A DNA stretch of 64,000 nt, taken from the NCBI GenBank assembly GCA_965200245.1, contig CBDATS010000002.1, positions 96,001 to 160,000 of the forward strand. The letters run 5' to 3'. The stretch comes from a bacterium. GTDB taxonomy: Bacteria; UBA8248. Made by a program: the position numbers and the translations under genes. Positions 59,470 through 64,000 of the stretch are shown piece after piece. Within the stretch, counting starts at the first letter, position 1, and the number at the start of each line of letters is the position of its first letter. Under the pieces are notes generated by a model, which had not been told where the DNA came from, searched no databases, and saw nothing but the letters and a program-made list of their open reading frames with translations.

Positions 59470-60162
59470 ATGTCCATGGGTGAGAGGCAGATGGATGACC
59501 CCCGTGAGCTGCCCATTTACACGATTTCCGAGGCTGCGCGCTATCTTACCGTACCCGCTGCTACGATCCGCTACTGGTCGGTGGGCCGGGACGATTATCA
59601 GCCATTGATTACAACACCCGAGCACGAACCGGTGCTACTTTCGTTCCTGAATCTTACGGAACTTCACATTCTGGCCGCCATCCGCCGAAAGCACAAGGTA
59701 AAAATGCCGAGTATCCGAAAGGCGATCCAGTACCTGGCAAAGCATCCTCTGAGAGCGTCTGAAAAGCGCCATCCACTGATCAGCCGCAAGTTGGAGACGG
59801 ACGGACTGGATCTGCTCATCGAACAATACGGGCAACTGATTAATATTAGCCAAGCAGGTCAAACAGCCATGCGGGAGATTATCAGCGCAGCACTGCGTCG
59901 CATCAATCGTGACTCCGATGGTATCCCGATCAAGCTCTATCCGTTTACAAGAGCGGCTATGATCGACGCGCCGTCTATGGTCGTCATAGACCCGACGATT
60001 TCTGCCGGCCGGCCTATAATCTCCGGTACCGGGCTCACCACGCAACTCATTGCCGAGCGCTACAAGGCAGGGGAATCGGTCAGCGATTTGGCTCGAGACT
60101 ATGAGCGTGAAAATGCGGAAATCGAAGAAGCGATCCGCTGTGAACTCCAAGCCGCAGCTTGA
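59470..60162 (+). CDS. DUF433-domain putative antitoxin (VapB45-like)
   Basis: N-terminal HTH YTISEAARYL, LSFLNLTE, C-terminal IDPTISAGRPII...IAERYKAGESV...IEEAIR. Confidence 0.85.
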   Translation: MSMGERQMDDPRELPIYTISEAARYLTVPAATIRYWSVGRDDYQPLITTPEHEPVLLSFLNLTELHILAAIRRKHKVKMPSIRKAIQYLAKHPLRASEKRHPLISRKLETDGLDLLIEQYGQLINISQAGQTAMREIISAALRRINRDSDGIPIKLYPFTRAAMIDAPSMVVIDPTISAGRPIISGTGLTTQLIAERYKAGESVSDLARDYERENAEIEEAIRCELQAAA

Positions 60163-60577
60163 GGATCCAACCCGTTTCCTGGATCGGAATCTCGGAAGGC
60201 ACATTATCGCGAAACAGTTCCGATTGGAAGGAATGAAAGTCGAAGTTCACGACGATCATTTTCCGTTGGGTGCTCCGGATGAAGAGTGGCTGGCGCACGC
60301 TTGGAACATGAATTGGGTGGCAGTTACTATGGACAAGAACATCCGTTATTGGCCTGTCTAATCCAATGCCATCAAGAAACATAGGGTGCGCGTAATCGTG
60401 GTGCGGATGAAAAACGCAACGGGACCGGATATGGCCGGGTTGCTGGCAAAAATGAGACGTCGGATCACACCCTTCAACGCAAAAACGTCTGCTCCATTTG
60501 TGGCGGGGCTGGATCGGAGTGGCAGGATAAAAACCATAGGTGATTATCCTCTTGATGAACTCGGTACAACACCTTGA
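60159..60577 (+). pseudogene. PIN-like toxin (VapC45-type) with premature TAA
   Basis: TTG overlaps the antitoxin stop; FLDRNLG, PDEEW, TMDKNIRY, then TAA at 60359-60361, and the same frame continues SNAIKKHRVRVIVV...APFVA to 60577. Confidence 0.78.
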
Positions 60578-60870
60578 CGCCGGGGCCATCCCATAGAAGC
60601 GAAAGATGCTGGGGTGTTATGAGATATTCAGAAGCGCAAGCTATACTACCCGGCGGATCAAATTGCCACAGAACAAAGTATACAGAGACGCCGACGAGAG
60701 ATGGTGCTTCGGGATTTCTAAATTATATCAATCGATTATCGATGAATTACGGGCCACGAGAATAGTTCGTTTTTCTCTGTGCCTGTATCTTGCAGAAATA
60801 AGCATATGATGAGTCAGCGAACTCCCTGAGAAATTGCAGTGTTACATCGGCAAGTGATGGGAGTATTGTC

Positions 60871-61800
60871 TCAAGCTTTGGCGGCGGAACTGCTCTTTCT
60901 TCTGGTTCTGCTGCGCGCCGCCTCGGGCCACGCCAGCAGGATGGGGCTGGCCACGTAAACAGAGGAATAGGTGCCGGCCACAATGCCGATCGCCAAAGCA
61001 AAGGCTACGTCCGAAATCACGTCGCCACCCAGGAAAAGGAAAGCCAGCACGGCGATCAAGGTCGTCCCAGAAGTGAGCAATGTACGTGACAGCGTCTGGT
61101 TGATGGATTTGTTGACCAAGCCTGAAAACTCAGCCCGCCTCGAAACGCGCGTATTCTCGCGAATACGGTCGAACACGACGATGGTGTCGTTCAGCGAATA
61201 ACCGATGATGGTCAGGACGGCCGCCACGATGGGGAGCGTGAACTCCTTGCCGGACAGGGAAAAGACACCCAGGGCGATGATGACGTCGTGCAAAAGCGCC
61301 ACGACCGAGGCAATCGCCTGGCGAAACTGGAAACGGAAACTGATGTAGATCAGGATGCCGACGAGGGCGAAGAGCATGCTGCTGAGCGCCTTCTGGCGCA
61401 AATCAGCACCGACTTTCGGCCCTACCATCTCGGTCCTGCGCATCTCGAACGCATCTTTGCCGAATTTCTTTACGAGTGCGCCTTTCACGATGGATTCGAC
61501 ACCCTTGATATCACCGGAGCTTTTCTCCACACGAACCAGGAACTCCCTGTCAGAACCGAAATTCTGGATCACGGTATCACCCAAAGAAAGCCCCGCAACG
61601 GCACTACGCACCTCCCCTATCGGCTTGGCCTCTTTGAATTGTACCTGAACCAGTGTTCCGCCGGTGAAATCGATGCCGTAGTTAATTCCCTTGGTCAAAA
61701 GAAGGAAGATGGACAGTATCACGACTACGGTGGAAATGCCGGCGAAGAGCTTGATTTTGCCGATGATATCGAACGATATGCCTGGCCGGATGATTTCCAT
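60871..61800 (-). CDS. secF: Protein translocase subunit SecF
   Basis: GIDFTGG, VGPKVG, HDVII, GYSLNDTIVVFDRIREN, GTYSS. Confidence 0.97.
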   Translation of the reverse strand: MEIIRPGISFDIIGKIKLFAGISTVVVILSIFLLLTKGINYGIDFTGGTLVQVQFKEAKPIGEVRSAVAGLSLGDTVIQNFGSDREFLVRVEKSSGDIKGVESIVKGALVKKFGKDAFEMRRTEMVGPKVGADLRQKALSSMLFALVGILIYISFRFQFRQAIASVVALLHDVIIALGVFSLSGKEFTLPIVAAVLTIIGYSLNDTIVVFDRIRENTRVSRRAEFSGLVNKSINQTLSRTLLTSGTTLIAVLAFLFLGGDVISDVAFALAIGIVAGTYSSVYVASPILLAWPEAARSRTRRKSSSAAKA

Positions 61801-63350
61801 CAGATGCTCAAACTCCTCACGTCGGTGCGGAACAGGAAGAAGTCATATACGAATCGGGTGACGAAAATCGCCGTGAACATACTTGCCACGATACCAATGC
61901 TCAAGGTGACGGCAAATCCTTTGATGGGCCCCGTTCCGAACTGCAGTAGTACGAGTGCTGCGATGAGCGTCGTCACGTTCGCGTCGAGAATGGTAAGGAA
62001 GGCTTTGCCGTAACCCGAATCGATGGCGGATCGAATGGTTTTCCCCAGACGCAACTCTTCTCGGATGCGCTCGAATATCAAGACGTTTGCGTCCACCGCC
62101 ATACCAACCGTGAGCACGATGCCCGCGATTCCCGGCAGAGTCAGCGTGGCACCGAAAAAGCCGAGTGCCCCCATGAGTATCAGGAGGTTGAACAAAAGTG
62201 CCATGATAGCCACAGCACCACTCAACTTGTAATAGACCCCCATGAATATAAGTACAAGAACGAAGCCGACGATGATGCTGATGAGGCCCTGTCGCACGGA
62301 ATCGGCTCCCAGCGAAGGCCCGACGTTTCTCTCCTCAAGCACTTCCACCGGAGCGGGAAGCGCGCCTGCTCTCAAGGCAATTGCCAGATCTGTCGCTTCT
62401 TCAAGCGTGAAACTCCCCGTGATCTGCGCCCTGCCCTGGCTGATACGTTCCTGAATCACGGGCGCGCTGTAGATGACGCCATCCAGCACGATAGCGAGTC
62501 GCCTGCCCACGTTGGCTGCCGTGAGGCGGTCGAACGCATCCGCACCTACGGAATCGAACGCGATGGCCACATACGACTGGTTGAAGCGATCACCGATTTC
62601 TACTCGGGCATCCGTGAGGTTGTCCCCCGTCAGGGCAGCTTCTCTTTTGACCAGCAGGGGGGTGCGCTCAAGTACCTCGCCCGTCTGACTGTCTCTTGTC
62701 ACCTGGTAGAGAAGTTGAAGCCCCTCGGGCGCGTGACCTCTTTCCAACGCATTCGCCACGTTGGCCTGGTTGTCCACCATCTTAAATTCGAGAAGCGCGG
62801 TTTTGCCGATCAAGGACTTCGCCCGGGAGGGGTCTTCCACACCGGGAAGCTGGATGATGATGCGCCGCTCTCCCTGGCGCTGCAACGTAGGCTCACGCAC
62901 TCCGAACTGATCGATGCGGTTACGAATGGTCTCGAGCGCCTGGACGATTGATTGTTCTTTCGTGCGTTCCACCTGTTGCGATGAGAGGAAATAGACGAAC
63001 GTCGGCGGTGTTCCCTCTTCGCGCTCCAAGGTGAGGTCGGGGTAATTCTGCATCATCGAGAGAAAACGCCCCCTGTCACCGGGGCGGTGAAGCGTTACCG
63101 TCAGCTTCAGCGCATCGCGTTTGAAGGTTCGGGTACGTATGTCGTCTATGGAGAGGCGGTTTCGAATCTCCGTGAAGTAGCGGCTCATCTTCGAATCCAC
63201 CGCCTTTTCGGTTTGCACCTCAAGGACCAGATGAATGCCACCCTGCAGGTCCAGCCCCAGGTTGATGCGATCTTCCGGTGGAATCAGATAGAAAGCGGAC
63301 ACGACGATAACAAAAGCTACCAAGCCCGCCTTCCAGCCCATACCCCTCAT
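61800..63350 (-). CDS. secD: Protein translocase subunit SecD
   Basis: LGLDLQGG, RNRIDQFGVREP, VGPSLG, TLPGIAG, DANVLIFERIREE. Confidence 0.97.
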   Translation of the reverse strand: MRGMGWKAGLVAFVIVVSAFYLIPPEDRINLGLDLQGGIHLVLEVQTEKAVDSKMSRYFTEIRNRLSIDDIRTRTFKRDALKLTVTLHRPGDRGRFLSMMQNYPDLTLEREEGTPPTFVYFLSSQQVERTKEQSIVQALETIRNRIDQFGVREPTLQRQGERRIIIQLPGVEDPSRAKSLIGKTALLEFKMVDNQANVANALERGHAPEGLQLLYQVTRDSQTGEVLERTPLLVKREAALTGDNLTDARVEIGDRFNQSYVAIAFDSVGADAFDRLTAANVGRRLAIVLDGVIYSAPVIQERISQGRAQITGSFTLEEATDLAIALRAGALPAPVEVLEERNVGPSLGADSVRQGLISIIVGFVLVLIFMGVYYKLSGAVAIMALLFNLLILMGALGFFGATLTLPGIAGIVLTVGMAVDANVLIFERIREELRLGKTIRSAIDSGYGKAFLTILDANVTTLIAALVLLQFGTGPIKGFAVTLSIGIVASMFTAIFVTRFVYDFFLFRTDVRSLSI

Positions 63351-63431
63351 GCAACTCTCCTTACTCCAAGCGGCGCCATGCCGCCCATATCGAACATCAT
63401 TTCACCGAATGAAGGAGAAATGACTTCACTT

Positions 63432-63824
63432 TTATTTTTTTGATTTTTCTTTCTGGGGAGCGTTGTTCTGCTCCGCATTCGCGCCTGAGTTATTGGCCGT
63501 AACGAAAGTCTTTTGCACGCGAATGCGCACGTTTTCATCCACCTTGAGCGTCACGATGTCGTCCTTGATTCTCGCCACTTCGCCCAGTATTCCGTTCGCG
63601 ACTACCTGATCGCCGGGCTTGAGGGCCTCTTGCATCCTGCGTATCTCCTGCTGTCTTTTCTGCTGGGGTCTGATCATGATGAAATAGATGATGGCGAAAA
63701 TCATCAGGAACGGCGCCAACTGAATCAGGAAACTGGGTTGCCCTCCCCCTTCGCCGGAGGGAGGAGCCATGGCGTACGCAACGGAAAAATCCGTCAACCA
63801 TGCCACTAGAGAATCCAACATCAT
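63432..63824 (-). CDS. yajC: Preprotein translocase subunit YajC
   Basis: YFIMIRPQQKR, LKPGDQVV; upstream of secD. Confidence 0.93.
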   Translation of the reverse strand: MMLDSLVAWLTDFSVAYAMAPPSGEGGGQPSFLIQLAPFLMIFAIIYFIMIRPQQKRQQEIRRMQEALKPGDQVVANGILGEVARIKDDIVTLKVDENVRIRVQKTFVTANNSGANAEQNNAPQKEKSKK

Positions 63825-64000
63825 CTACATCTCCATGGAAAATGCTTCACCTGTCTTCATAGCCAAGGCTTCGTAACAAAGCCCCCGCTCCTTGTCAACA
63901 AAGGTATTAAGAATCAGTCGCTTAATCCCGTGAGGATGCGCCCGGAACCAAGCGTCCCGAGCGATCCCGCCGCAACCCTCCACCGCCTCTCGGAGGGCCT

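Overview
Bacterial chromosomal window, moderately GC-rich, with no CRISPR array, rRNA, IS or prophage recognisable. 0.1-23 kb is accessory metabolism: a TAXI-TRAP transporter, four different PLP enzymes, hydrolases, a radical SAM-HhH protein, tRNA-Glu(CTC), a nitroreductase and an AhpD/CMD-family gene with an in-frame TGA in a CxxU motif plus a SECIS-like hairpin (probable selenoprotein). 22.9-27.7 kb is a minus-strand sulfur-relay/cysteine operon: cysK, a ubiquitin-like carrier ending GG-R, a degenerate ThiF, cysM, a JAB protease, an N-terminally short MoeB and an IscR-like Rrf2. Its two E1-like paralogues carry complementary halves of the adenylation site, suggesting a bacterial heterodimeric E1. 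27.8-64 kb is mostly housekeeping: thiD, glgP, ppiD, mreBCD-mrdA-rodA, radical SAM fusion, rng, cpoB, topA-trmFO-xerC-hslVU, argBDFG and yajC-secDF. Decayed genes (dprA, TfoX-family, PIN toxin) and one frameshift were read by eye and are not evident from the ORF track. All assignments come from motif recognition and synteny, not from database searches.
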